A DNA stretch of 64,000 nucleotides from an uncultured Gammaproteobacteria bacterium (GTDB taxonomy: Bacteria; Patescibacteriota; Patescibacteriia; Magasanikbacterales; GWA2-37-8), in assembly GCA_964536615.1 (NCBI GenBank), contig CAZHYG010000001.1, forward strand, positions 6,200 to 70,199. The letters run 5' to 3'. Position numbers and translations under genes: made by a program. The notes beneath the pieces are model-generated. The model had not been told where the DNA came from, did not search any database, and saw nothing but the letters and a program-made list of their open reading frames with translations. Below, in pieces: positions 1-10,505 of this stretch (positions are counted from its first letter, which is position 1; each line of letters begins with the position of its first letter).

Positions 1-2
1 AT

Positions 3-683
3 GTTCGTATCACACATGGTCGCAGCATGTGTCTGAGCTGTCATCGCCAATTAGAATGGTTTGAGAATATTCCCGTGTTTAGTTTTTTGGCTCTCAAAGG
101 AAAGTGCAGGGTATGTAAAAATCATATTCCGTTTCATTATTTTTGTGTTGAAGTCTGTGTGGCGGCGCTATTTGTATACTTGGCCTGGTTTAATGCGCAT
201 AGTTTTAATCCAAATCTTGTTGTGTTGGTGCGCAACTTGATTTTTTTGTCGCTGCTGGTTGTTATTTTTATGTACGATTTGTTATATCAAGAAATTTTAT
301 CAAGCGTGGTGTGGTTTGGGGCGTTTACCGGATTATTTTTTAACGCATATCTACATTACGACTTAACCAGTTTGTTTATAGGCGCATTGGTGGCTGGCGG
401 TTTCTTTTTAGCTCAATTTATGATTTCAAAAGGGCAGTGGATTGGCGGTGGTGATGTTCGTTTGGGTGTGCTTATGGGTGTGTGGCTTGGCTGGCCTGTG
501 GTTGTTGTAGCTTTGGTGTTGGCGTATATCTCCGGATCAATTGTTGGTTTGTTGCTCATGGCTACAAAGAAAAAAACTTTAGGCAGCACCGTGCCATTTG
601 GTACATATCTGTCAGCAAGCACTCTTGTATGTTTATTGTGGGGAGAGGCGATAGTGCGTTGGTATGCTCAGTTTTTACGATAA
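3..683 (+). CDS. Type IV prepilin peptidase (A24 family), 5'-partial at the window edge
   Basis: Frame continues open from the window start. N-terminal Zn-binding CxxC...CxxC segment (CLSCHRQLEWFENIPVFS...CRVC) and the GGGDVRLGVLMGVWLGW motif are typical of PilD/A24 peptidases. Multi-TM hydrophobic profile. Confidence 0.75.
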   Translation, partial: VRITHGRSMCLSCHRQLEWFENIPVFSFLALKGKCRVCKNHIPFHYFCVEVCVAALFVYLAWFNAHSFNPNLVVLVRNLIFLSLLVVIFMYDLLYQEILSSVVWFGAFTGLFFNAYLHYDLTSLFIGALVAGGFFLAQFMISKGQWIGGGDVRLGVLMGVWLGWPVVVVALVLAYISGSIVGLLLMATKKKTLGSTVPFGTYLSASTLVCLLWGEAIVRWYAQFLR

Positions 684-2723
<2,040 letters not shown>

Positions 2724-2785
2724 TCACCAGTGTGCAAAATATAAAAAAAGTGATATAATAATATCGCTTACTTAAAATTCTCTGT

Positions 2786-5746
2786 ATGTACATTAGTTGG
2801 TTTAAAGATTTAACTATCAAAGATATTCCGAGCGTAGGCGGTAAAAACGCTTCGCTTGGTGAAATGTACGCTAAATTGACATCAAAAGGCATGAAAGTGC
2901 CAAATGGTTTTGCGTTAACCGCCGATGTGTATTGGGATTTTATCAAAGAAAATAAGTTGGATAAGAGAATAAAAGAAACACTTAAGGGTCTGGATAAAAA
3001 AAACGTGCACGAGTTGTCTGTGGTAGGAACCAAAATTCGCAAAATGATTTTGCAAGGCAAATTTTCTACAGAAGTAGAAAAGCAAATTGTTAGCGCTTAT
3101 AAAGAACTTTCCAAATTTTCCAAAAAATCAAATTTAGATGTAGCCGTGCGCAGCTCTGCTACAGCCGAAGATCTGCCAGACGCCAGTTTTGCCGGGCAGC
3201 AAGAAACATATTTAAATGTTCGTGGAGAAAAAGAATTGTTGCTAGCCAGCAAAAAATGTATTGCCTCGTTGTTTACCGATCGTGCCATTTCGTATCGTGA
3301 AGACAAAGGCTATGACCATACCGCCATTGCCTTGTCTGTAGGTGTTCAAGAAATGGTGCGTTCCGATCTTGGTGCCAGCGGGGTGATGTTTACCCTTGAT
3401 ACCGAATCTGGGTTTAAAGGTGCGGTACTTATTAACGCTGCGTATGGTTTGGGTGAATATGTGGTAAAGGGTCAGGTAACACCAGATCAGTTTTATGTAT
3501 TTAAAGATGGTCTAAAAAATGGTTTTAAATCTATTATTAGTAAACGTTTGGGCAGTAAGGAAGTTAAACTCATGTATGGCACAACAGGTACCAAGCAACA
3601 AAAAGTTAAAATATCTGAACAAAAAGTTTTTTGTTTAACAGACGATGAAGTCTTGCAATTGGCAAAATGGGGCGTGCTTATTGAAGATCACTATGGCCAT
3701 CCTATGGACATAGAATGGGCAAAAGATGGTGCTACTGGCCAGTTATATATCGTTCAAGCCAGATCCGAGACAGTTCGTTCTAAGGCAAATGTAAACATAA
3801 TTGAACAATACGAACTTAAACAAAAAGGCCCGGTAATGTTGACTGGTACCAGTGTTGGTCAAAAAATTGGCAATGGCAAGGCGCGAATCATCAACTCTCC
3901 AAAACAAATGAAGCAGTTTAAACCTGGTGAAGTTTTGGTAACTCGTATTACCGATCCAGATTGGGAACCAATCATGCGTATTGCCAGCGCTATTATTACC
4001 GAGCAGGGTGGAAAAACTTCTCATGCAGCTATTGTTAGTCGTGAGCTAGGCACGCCATGCATTGTGGGTGCGGCAAAAGCCAGGCAAATCATTAAAAATG
4101 GCCAAGATATTACCGCTTCCTGCGCTGAAGGTGATGTTGGGTATGTATATAAGGGTAAATTACCATTTGAGGTTCATAAAACCGAAATTAAAGAAGTTGC
4201 CAGCACTCGCACTAAAATAATGATGAATGTAGGCGATCCAGCTAGCGCTTTTGCATTGTCGGCAATCCCAAACAATGGTGTAGGTCTTGCTCGTGAAGAG
4301 TTTATTTTTACCAATTTTGTAAAGATTCATCCGCTTGCGCTGGTAAATTATAAAGACCAGCACAGCGAAACAAAAGCTAAAATAGACGCACTTACTGTGG
4401 GTTATAAAGACAAGGCTCAGTACTGTGTGGATAAGCTTGCCGAAGGCATTGCCTTTATTACCGCGGCGTTTCATCCTAATGACGTAATTGTTCGCTTGTC
4501 TGATTTTAAAACTAATGAATATGCCACTCTTATTGGCGGCGCGGCTTATGAACCAAAAGAAGAAAACCCAATGATCGGTTGGCGCGGCGCGTCTCGCTAT
4601 TATGATGAAAAATTTAAGCCAGGTTTCAAACTGGAATGCGAAGCCATTAAAAAAGTTCGTAATGAGTGGGGGATGAAAAACTTAATCGTGATGGTGCCGT
4701 TTTGCCGTACGGTAGAAGAAGGTAAAAAAGTTTTGGCAACCATGAAAGAATTTGGATTGGAACGTGGCAAAGACGGTTTAAAAGTATATGTGATGTGTGA
4801 AATTCCTGCCAATGTAATTTTAGCTAAAGAATTTTCCGAGATTTTTGATGGGTTTAGTATTGGTTCAAACGATCTTACTCAGCTTACTTTGGGAGTAGAT
4901 AGAGATTCCGCGCTGGTAAGCCATGTCTATGATGAAAAAAACGAAGCTGTAAAAACTTTGATACGCCAAGTAATTCGCGTAGCTCATGAAAACAAACGCA
5001 AAGTAGGTATTTGCGGACAGGCGCCGAGTGACTATCCGGAATTTGCCGAATTTTTGGTGCAAGAGGGGATAGACAGTATTTCGCTTAACCCAGACACGGT
5101 GCTCAAAACTCGTGAGCGAATTGCAGCCATGGAGAAAAAAGTTGCCGCCAAGCCAACCGGTAGTTTCAAGATGGGGATGGCTTCAAAATTATTGCTTATT
5201 TTTGGAGTGTTGGGTCTTACTACGGTTTTAGGCGGATACACCTGTCAAAATGTAAATGCCAATAAAATGTCGCCTGAAGAAGTAAAAGTTGAGGTTGCAA
5301 ATCAAGTGGCGGTAGCGCGACAAGAGATGAAAAAAGAGATGGAAGAAGCGTTTGAAAAAGAAAGAAAAGCTCAAAAATCCACATATGTTGAAAAGGGTGA
5401 TGATTTGCCAGAATTTACAATCTCGTATCCTTCAGGCTGGGCTGTAATGCGTCTAAAAAATCTAGCTACTTTTACCAATAATACTTTGCCTGAAAGCGCC
5501 TTTAGTGTAAGGGTATATCCGTTTACGCAGGGCAAGACAGAAAATTTGATTGGTACATCCACTTGGAATAACCTGCCAGTAGAAATATTTGAATTTCCCG
5601 GTGTAGATAATGTTAAAATTGGACGCAGAGTTATTGCTATATATCCGGATGGTTATAAAAAATCAAAATATATTATCTCTTTTGAAGGTACGCCAGATTA
5701 TTTTGATCAAATTTTCCAGAGTGTAAAAGATTTTAAAATTAATTAA
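2786..5746 (+). CDS. ppsA: Phosphoenolpyruvate synthase (pyruvate, water dikinase) with an in-frame ~200-aa C-terminal extension
   Basis: N-terminus MYISWFKDLTIKDIPSVGGKNASLGEMY is a classical PpsA start. The PEP-utilizing and mobile His domains end near aa 785 (SISLNPDTVLKTRERIAAMEKK), then comes a signal-peptide-like segment and a ~190-aa extra domain (see finding). Confidence 0.9.
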   Translation: MYISWFKDLTIKDIPSVGGKNASLGEMYAKLTSKGMKVPNGFALTADVYWDFIKENKLDKRIKETLKGLDKKNVHELSVVGTKIRKMILQGKFSTEVEKQIVSAYKELSKFSKKSNLDVAVRSSATAEDLPDASFAGQQETYLNVRGEKELLLASKKCIASLFTDRAISYREDKGYDHTAIALSVGVQEMVRSDLGASGVMFTLDTESGFKGAVLINAAYGLGEYVVKGQVTPDQFYVFKDGLKNGFKSIISKRLGSKEVKLMYGTTGTKQQKVKISEQKVFCLTDDEVLQLAKWGVLIEDHYGHPMDIEWAKDGATGQLYIVQARSETVRSKANVNIIEQYELKQKGPVMLTGTSVGQKIGNGKARIINSPKQMKQFKPGEVLVTRITDPDWEPIMRIASAIITEQGGKTSHAAIVSRELGTPCIVGAAKARQIIKNGQDITASCAEGDVGYVYKGKLPFEVHKTEIKEVASTRTKIMMNVGDPASAFALSAIPNNGVGLAREEFIFTNFVKIHPLALVNYKDQHSETKAKIDALTVGYKDKAQYCVDKLAEGIAFITAAFHPNDVIVRLSDFKTNEYATLIGGAAYEPKEENPMIGWRGASRYYDEKFKPGFKLECEAIKKVRNEWGMKNLIVMVPFCRTVEEGKKVLATMKEFGLERGKDGLKVYVMCEIPANVILAKEFSEIFDGFSIGSNDLTQLTLGVDRDSALVSHVYDEKNEAVKTLIRQVIRVAHENKRKVGICGQAPSDYPEFAEFLVQEGIDSISLNPDTVLKTRERIAAMEKKVAAKPTGSFKMGMASKLLLIFGVLGLTTVLGGYTCQNVNANKMSPEEVKVEVANQVAVARQEMKKEMEEAFEKERKAQKSTYVEKGDDLPEFTISYPSGWAVMRLKNLATFTNNTLPESAFSVRVYPFTQGKTENLIGTSTWNNLPVEIFEFPGVDNVKIGRRVIAIYPDGYKKSKYIISFEGTPDYFDQIFQSVKDFKIN

Positions 5747-5771
5747 TAAAATTATTCATTAACGTACATAT

Positions 5772-6089
5772 ATGTGCAATAACGGACAATGCGGACAAAA
5801 TCAGCAGGGTGGAGGATGTTGTGGCACTCATAAAATGGGTTGTGGCTGGGGGCATAAATCCGTTTGGTGCTGGCTTATCGGATTGGTAGTTTTAGTAATT
5901 GTATTTTGCACTGGTTACAAATTGGGTGTGTTGCGCGGATATTTTGGAGGGTATTATGGCATGTATAACGGCGGTATGTATTACCGGGGCGGGGTAGGTG
6001 GTAATTGGGGACCGGGTATGATGCGAAACTGGCAGTTTGATCAAACTGTTCAAGAACAGGGCAAGTCTGCCACCAATACTGAAAAATAA
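5772..6089 (+). CDS. Small Cys/Gly/Tyr-rich membrane protein, hypothetical
   Basis: Cys-rich N-terminus (CGQNQQGGGCCG), one TM helix, GY/GG-rich tail; followed directly by a hairpin terminator. Confidence 0.45.
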   Translation: MCNNGQCGQNQQGGGCCGTHKMGCGWGHKSVWCWLIGLVVLVIVFCTGYKLGVLRGYFGGYYGMYNGGMYYRGGVGGNWGPGMMRNWQFDQTVQEQGKSATNTEK

Positions 6090-6103
6090 AATATCTAAAA
6101 CAA

Positions 6104-6137
6104 AATATCCCGGTTATTCCGGGATATTTTTATTTTG
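6104..6137. terminator. Bidirectional rho-independent terminator (CCCGG-TTATT-CCGGG plus T-run)
   Basis: The sequence atcccggttattccgggatatttttatttt lies between the convergent genes 5772..6089(+) and 6114..6713(-). Confidence 0.6.
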
Positions 6138-6713
6138 TTTTCCGTATGCCATCTCAAGCAATAATTGCTTAGCTTTTCTTATGCGAGTGTTAATGGTGGC
6201 AATATTTATATTAAAATCTTTAGCAATATCTATAGGTCTTTTGCCTGTCATAAGCAGTTCCATGATAATTCGGTACCCCGATGGCAATTTTTCTATATCT
6301 GCTCTTAGAGCGCTGACTTCAAAATCTTGATTCTCCTTTTCTTCTTTTTCTATTACTATATCCTCAATTGTTTGGTCATCTCGGTTTGGTGTTGACGGAG
6401 AAAGTTTATCAATAATTTGGGTAAATCTTTTTCGTTTTCGTATTGCATCAATCGTAGTATTGTTTACAATTTGATGTAGCCAGGTGGTAAGAGACGCTTC
6501 GCCTCTATATTTTCCTTTTGATATCGCCTGAGCTGCTTTAGCTAACGTGGTTTGGATTATGTCTTCAATATCTGTTTCGGGAGGAAGATTGTTAAATTTT
6601 TTTCTGCATGCATTTATAAGAAAGTTTCTGGTTTCGGCGGATTGTAATTGTTTTAACAAATTTTCTGATTGTGGTTCTGTTGTCTCAGGCTGATGATGCG
6701 GCATTCGTTCCAT
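6114..6713 (-). CDS. ECF-type RNA polymerase sigma factor (sigma-70 family, regions 2 and 4)
   Basis: Region 2-like IEDIIQTTLAKAAQAI...TWLHQIVNNTTIDAIRKRKR and region 4 HTH LPSGYRIIMELLMTGKRPIDIAKDFNINIATINTRIRKAKQLL. Confidence 0.8.
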   Translation of the reverse strand: MERMPHHQPETTEPQSENLLKQLQSAETRNFLINACRKKFNNLPPETDIEDIIQTTLAKAAQAISKGKYRGEASLTTWLHQIVNNTTIDAIRKRKRFTQIIDKLSPSTPNRDDQTIEDIVIEKEEKENQDFEVSALRADIEKLPSGYRIIMELLMTGKRPIDIAKDFNINIATINTRIRKAKQLLLEMAYGKQNKNIPE

Positions 6714-6878
6714 AAAAATATATTATATATTTTGTAAATATATCTTAAAAAGAGGAGGTTGTAAACTGTAGTTTTATACAAAAACCTCGTTCGCATATTT
6801 CTCCTTGCCCAATATTCAATATGTTTGAAAACAGGGCAAGTAGAGCGAACGAGGGTTTTGATGTTTGCAGGAGGTTCG

Positions 6879-7064
6879 TCACATGTAGGAAGCCGAAAGG
6901 TCTTCACATAGGCGAACTTCCTTGGTAGTGAAGATGTGTTGACCACCCTCCATAGTGAAACCCAGCGTTTTCCCATCGCAACCGAGTATGCGAGTCGCAT
7001 GGACTAGCTGCCCCAATAGTTCCGGGGCAGTTGCGGGAGCGGTGTGGATTCGGATGATTACCAT
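6879..7064 (-). CDS. Candidate small protein (61 aa) in a GC-elevated structured region; could instead be part of an ncRNA
   Basis: AGGAAA Shine-Dalgarno ~8 nt upstream of the ATG. A long imperfect hairpin (aaaacctcgttcgc...gcgaacgagggtttt) with a T-run lies downstream. Local GC is ~50% against ~37% background. No recognised family. Confidence 0.25.
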   Translation of the reverse strand: MVIIRIHTAPATAPELLGQLVHATRILGCDGKTLGFTMEGGQHIFTTKEVRLCEDLSASYM

Positions 7065-7211
7065 TGGGATTTTTCCTGGTTGGGTTGCTGTTATTTATAG
7101 TAAACTAGATTGCCATTTTATTCAAATAGATTATAAACAGGGCGAGTTTGACAATTGGCTGAGTTTTTTGTATACTTTATAAAGTTAAATTAGTGTCAAA
7201 AAAGTACAATT

Positions 7212-7288
7212 TGGGTCGGTAGTTCAACTGGTTAGAGCACTGCCCTGTCACGGCAGAAGTTGCGGGTTCGAGTCCCGTCCGACCCGCC
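7212..7288 (+). tRNA. tRNA-Asp (anticodon GTC)
   Basis: Cloverleaf folds by hand: acceptor GGGTCGG/CCGACCC, anticodon loop CTGTCAC (GUC), T-loop TTCGAGT, encoded CCA; hairpin CCAC-ataa-GTGG plus T7 follows directly. Confidence 0.9.
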
Positions 7289-7402
7289 AGTTATTTCAAC
7301 ATAGAAACTCCACATAAGTGGTGTTTTTTTGTTTTAGTCTAGCGGAAATCGAGCTCACAACTTTTTTACTTTGAGATACCGAGAAGTTCCTCTCTTTGCT
7401 CC

Positions 7403-7424
7403 CTGTGTCCATTTTGTGTCCAAA
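7403..7424 (+). repeat. Tandem TGTGTCCA-N3-TGTGTCCAAA motif (copy 1)
   Basis: The sequence ctgtgtccattttgtgtccaaa recurs in the same orientation at 8501..8524, flanking ORF 7531..8412. Confidence 0.5.
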
Positions 7425-7530
7425 TCTTTGCCGAGCATGTCTGAAGGACATTAATAGCGTTTATTAATGTTTCGGAAGCAAGGTGCGCATCTAGACGAGA
7501 AGGGAGAATTATCTAAACAATCTGGCTTTA

Positions 7531-8412
7531 CTATAATTTAATTAGTTTTTTAAAGTATCTAAAAAGAAATAAGTCTAATTGGACTTTAAATTTATTCCAC
7601 CAGTTAAAATCGAGCCTTTTTATTTTTTGTTTGTCGACCATATTTTCTATAAATGGATAGATTATACTGATATGTTCAAATCCGCCATTTTTTAATGTTG
7701 CACCAGCGCCACCGTTCAAAGAAAAAGAAAGGGTTTCATCTTCTTTTTTATTACCTTTGGAGCTTATTCGTGTAAATATACCTATTATTCCTGGGCTTAT
7801 AGAGGGGCAGGGAATGTACTTTAAGGGTATTATTCCATAGTTAGGATGGTTAAAGGGTATAGTTCCCGTGCTTAAATTCAGCATTCTAATACTTTCTTTT
7901 GGAAGATAAAAAAATTCAAGATTGTAGCTGTAATCATTGTTGTTTCTTGGTTTATTATAAAAATCTACAATCTGTTCAAAGTCATTTATGATAATACTGC
8001 TTTTAATTTTATTTAACGGTGATATTAAATTTTTAGTATGGAAGATAAAAATTGGACCACCGTCGTTATTTCTTTTTTTAAGATCCATACTCTGACTGAA
8101 AATTCCTTTATGACCTTTAAAATATTTATAAAAGCCTGACATTATATCTGTGCCAGAAATATTCACTATTCCGTCAACGTGATGAGTTACTTTAGGTGAT
8201 TTTGAAACTAGCCAATATTTACAATCCTTCATTGGCACGGCGTAAAACCTAGACTTTCTTACATTTTCAGGCGGAATTATCATCTTGATGATAAGATATT
8301 CCTTTGCGTCATTTATTAAATCCTTTACAAAAAATCCACCTTCAGAAGTATAGCCGAGTTTAAAGATTTTATATATTTTTTCCTTACTTTTTATACAGAT
8401 ATCAAATTTCAT
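7531..8412 (-). CDS. Hypothetical protein (293 aa), very AT-rich, inside the tRNA-associated insert
   Basis: Long ORF with no recognisable motif. Its GC is lower than the backbone, consistent with foreign origin. Confidence 0.5.
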   Translation of the reverse strand: MKFDICIKSKEKIYKIFKLGYTSEGGFFVKDLINDAKEYLIIKMIIPPENVRKSRFYAVPMKDCKYWLVSKSPKVTHHVDGIVNISGTDIMSGFYKYFKGHKGIFSQSMDLKKRNNDGGPIFIFHTKNLISPLNKIKSSIIINDFEQIVDFYNKPRNNNDYSYNLEFFYLPKESIRMLNLSTGTIPFNHPNYGIIPLKYIPCPSISPGIIGIFTRISSKGNKKEDETLSFSLNGGAGATLKNGGFEHISIIYPFIENMVDKQKIKRLDFNWWNKFKVQLDLFLFRYFKKLIKL

Positions 8413-8500
8413 ATCCTATAAAGTATAACTTAGCATATTTAAAATCTATTTAAAACCCTCTCCACCACCTTTTCTATATCGCTGTTGGACATCTTAAAAT

Positions 8501-8524
8501 TTGTGTCCACCCTGTGTCCAAAAA
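8501..8524 (+). repeat. Tandem TGTGTCCA-N3-TGTGTCCAAAA motif (copy 2)
   Basis: The sequence ttgtgtccaccctgtgtccaaaa pairs with the motif at 7403..7424. Confidence 0.5.
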
Positions 8525-8640
8525 GTGATGAAATGAAGATTTTTTAACTGGATTTGATAGTGAACGAGAAGCGAATTATTTGCTAGAATTAGCAATAAAA
8601 TAAGGATTATTGCTAAAAATCACAAAATACCGCCCAGCGT

Positions 8641-8661
8641 TTCGAGTCCCGTCCGACCCGC
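8641..8661 (+). repeat. Direct repeat of the tRNA-Asp 3' end (TTCGAGTCCCGTCCGACCCGC), att-site-like
   Basis: Identical 21-mer to 7266..7286, with no tRNA body upstream of it. Confidence 0.7.
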
Positions 8662-8804
8662 ATAGCGGAAAAAATTCAAATTTCAGAATCCCTGCCACAT
8701 GCTGGTAGGGTTCTTTTTTGTATTTGTATGGAGCGTACTTGACCATACGCAAACTTTTTGCTAACATCTTTTGTTGTTGGAACAAACCATGGAGGCAAGA
8801 GGGT

Positions 8805-9053
8805 ATGCGCGCGCAAAAATCAAGATTCTCTAACCACCGCAACTGGCTTCAAGCCGTCGTTCACTGGAACGGCGGTCCGGTCGAGTGTGCCGACCACTTC
8901 AAGTTCGATGACGGTCGGCTCAGGGGGCGGGTCCAGGTCGCCATGACGGTGTACTTCCCGGGCCTCATCGAGCTCGGGGTGGGTGCAACCTTCGGCGAGT
9001 GTGTGGCAGAACTGGAGTCGCGATTTCCCGATCGCTTCAGCGCTTCAGCCTGA
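8805..9053 (+). CDS. Hypothetical small protein (82 aa) at the start of a high-GC block
   Basis: GGAGG SD-like sequence upstream (ggaggcaagagggtATG); GC-rich codon usage with GC3 bias. Confidence 0.35.
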   Translation: MRAQKSRFSNHRNWLQAVVHWNGGPVECADHFKFDDGRLRGRVQVAMTVYFPGLIELGVGATFGECVAELESRFPDRFSASA

Positions 9054-9205
9054 TCGCACCCTGTCATCCATCCGAAACCAACAAGGAGGCAGCCTGGCCT
9101 CGTCGCATTCGTGCGGCGGGGCCTTTTCAATATGTATTCGCAACCTTGACCACAAGGTTCTTTTTTAGTATAAATTTCAGTTAGGTTAACCCAAGGAGAA
9201 GTGCC

Positions 9206-10243
9206 ATGGCGATGATTGATAGTCTTCCGGATAGGATCAAGCCCTATTGTCAGAACCCCGAGCTTACGGAGGTTCTGATCTATAAGATGAGGCTGATGGC
9301 CGCAGGTGAGATGTGCAAGGGTGATGATGTCATTTTGGCGCTACTTGGTCTTGCTGGTTTGGAGATCAAGGATTATCAGGCGCGAGAGGTTGCTCGACAT
9401 CTCATTAAGGTAGGATGGCTTGAGTTGGTTGGGGAAGATGATCGCTACGCTTTCACCGCTCGTGCAAGAAAGTGTAGCCAAGACCCTGCGGTCAAGCAGC
9501 GGTTTGATGAAATCAGCGCCGCACAGGATCGTTCTAGCTCTCGAAACAAGGTTCCTTCACCCAAGTCTGCCCGACTCGATCTCATTAGGAGGGTGGCAAG
9601 CAGAGACGGATCCGCCCCAAACTCCACTAGATCTGGCGGTGTTCCAGGCCTTTCACAGGACAGACTGGATATGTTGTTGCCGTTGTTTGTGGCGACGGAG
9701 GGTGGGAGCTTTTTCGTTGAAGCTGCTCGGAGAGCTAAAGAGCTTGGTTTCAGCACAACTCAAGCGTTCAACGGTACGCTTATGCTGCTCAAGCAAGCAG
9801 GGTGGCTGACGAAAGTTGCATATGGTGTAGTGCAGTGGGATCTGGAGAAGGTCCCGCCGAAGTGGCGTGAAGCGCTGCCAAAAAAGAGCGAGCTGTCTGC
9901 TTCTGAACAGGTTGAGGAAGCTTCTGAAACCAGCGAAGGTGCGGAAGATGGTGGTGGCGCTGTGACAGTTGAAGGCGAGTCTGCACCTGTCTCCGAAGTA
10001 GAGGGGGGCGAGAAACCTGATAGCGAATCGTCTGGTGACGAAGAAGTTGATGAAGATGTTCAGGTAGAAGTTGTGGTTGAGTCAGCGTTGCAGACTGATC
10101 AAATCGGCGAGTCGGAACCGCAGCGATTGTTTGGGTTGTTGTTGGCGGTCACTGTTGAAGGTCTCTACCGTCAGATTGAGTGCATGCCAAGAGAACTCCA
10201 GATCATGGTTCTCAATGCGCTCAATCAGCGGATTAATGAGTGA
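9206..10243 (+). CDS. Hypothetical protein (345 aa) with two similar N-terminal helical modules and a strongly acidic E/D/S-rich C-terminal region; high-GC foreign gene
   Basis: AAGGAG SD 8 nt upstream of the ATG. GC3-rich codons. The internal segments ...VILALLGLAGLEIKDYQAREVARHLIKVGWLEL... and ...FVEAARRAKELGFSTTQAFNGTLMLLKQAGWLTKV... resemble each other and look winged-helix-like. Acidic tail EEASETSEGAEDGGG...DEEVDEDVQVEVVVE. Confidence 0.6.
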   Translation: MAMIDSLPDRIKPYCQNPELTEVLIYKMRLMAAGEMCKGDDVILALLGLAGLEIKDYQAREVARHLIKVGWLELVGEDDRYAFTARARKCSQDPAVKQRFDEISAAQDRSSSRNKVPSPKSARLDLIRRVASRDGSAPNSTRSGGVPGLSQDRLDMLLPLFVATEGGSFFVEAARRAKELGFSTTQAFNGTLMLLKQAGWLTKVAYGVVQWDLEKVPPKWREALPKKSELSASEQVEEASETSEGAEDGGGAVTVEGESAPVSEVEGGEKPDSESSGDEEVDEDVQVEVVVESALQTDQIGESEPQRLFGLLLAVTVEGLYRQIECMPRELQIMVLNALNQRINE

Positions 10244-10340
10244 AGCAGATCCAGAAGGGGTAATTCACTCGTGTTAGGAATTAGGAGGGGTGTGCGGCGA
10301 GCCACATTAAAGCGCTTAATTGGCGTGCTCGCATATCTCA

Positions 10341-10378
10341 AAAACAACTTTCTGTTAGAAGGTTGTTTTTGTTTTTTT
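10341..10378 (+). terminator. Rho-independent terminator
   Basis: aaacaactt-tctgttag-aaggttgttt hairpin followed by TTTTTGTTTTTTT. Confidence 0.6.
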
Positions 10379-10505
10379 ATTTTATCTAGATTTTATTTAT
10401 TTCTTATCTGTATTTGTATCTCAAAATGTATAATTAATTTATAAGGTTTTAAATATGAATATATAAGTATATAAAGGTCGAGTTTTTATTTTTAACTATT
10501 TTTAT

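Larger units (their letters stand above)
7289..8661. mobile_element. Candidate small integrated element or island remnant inserted at the tRNA-Asp 3' end
   Basis: An intact tRNA-Asp is followed 1.35 kb downstream by a 21-bp perfect copy of its 3' end, an attL/attR-like arrangement. It encloses one very AT-rich ORF and paired TGTGTCCA motifs. No recognisable integrase. Confidence 0.4.

Noticed and set aside
6720-6790. Plus-strand AAGAGGAGG Shine-Dalgarno-like sequence at ~6752 with no following start codon
   Set aside because: No ATG, GTG or TTG-initiated ORF of meaningful length follows on the plus strand. It is probably a chance purine run or part of the minus-strand promoter region for the sigma-factor gene.
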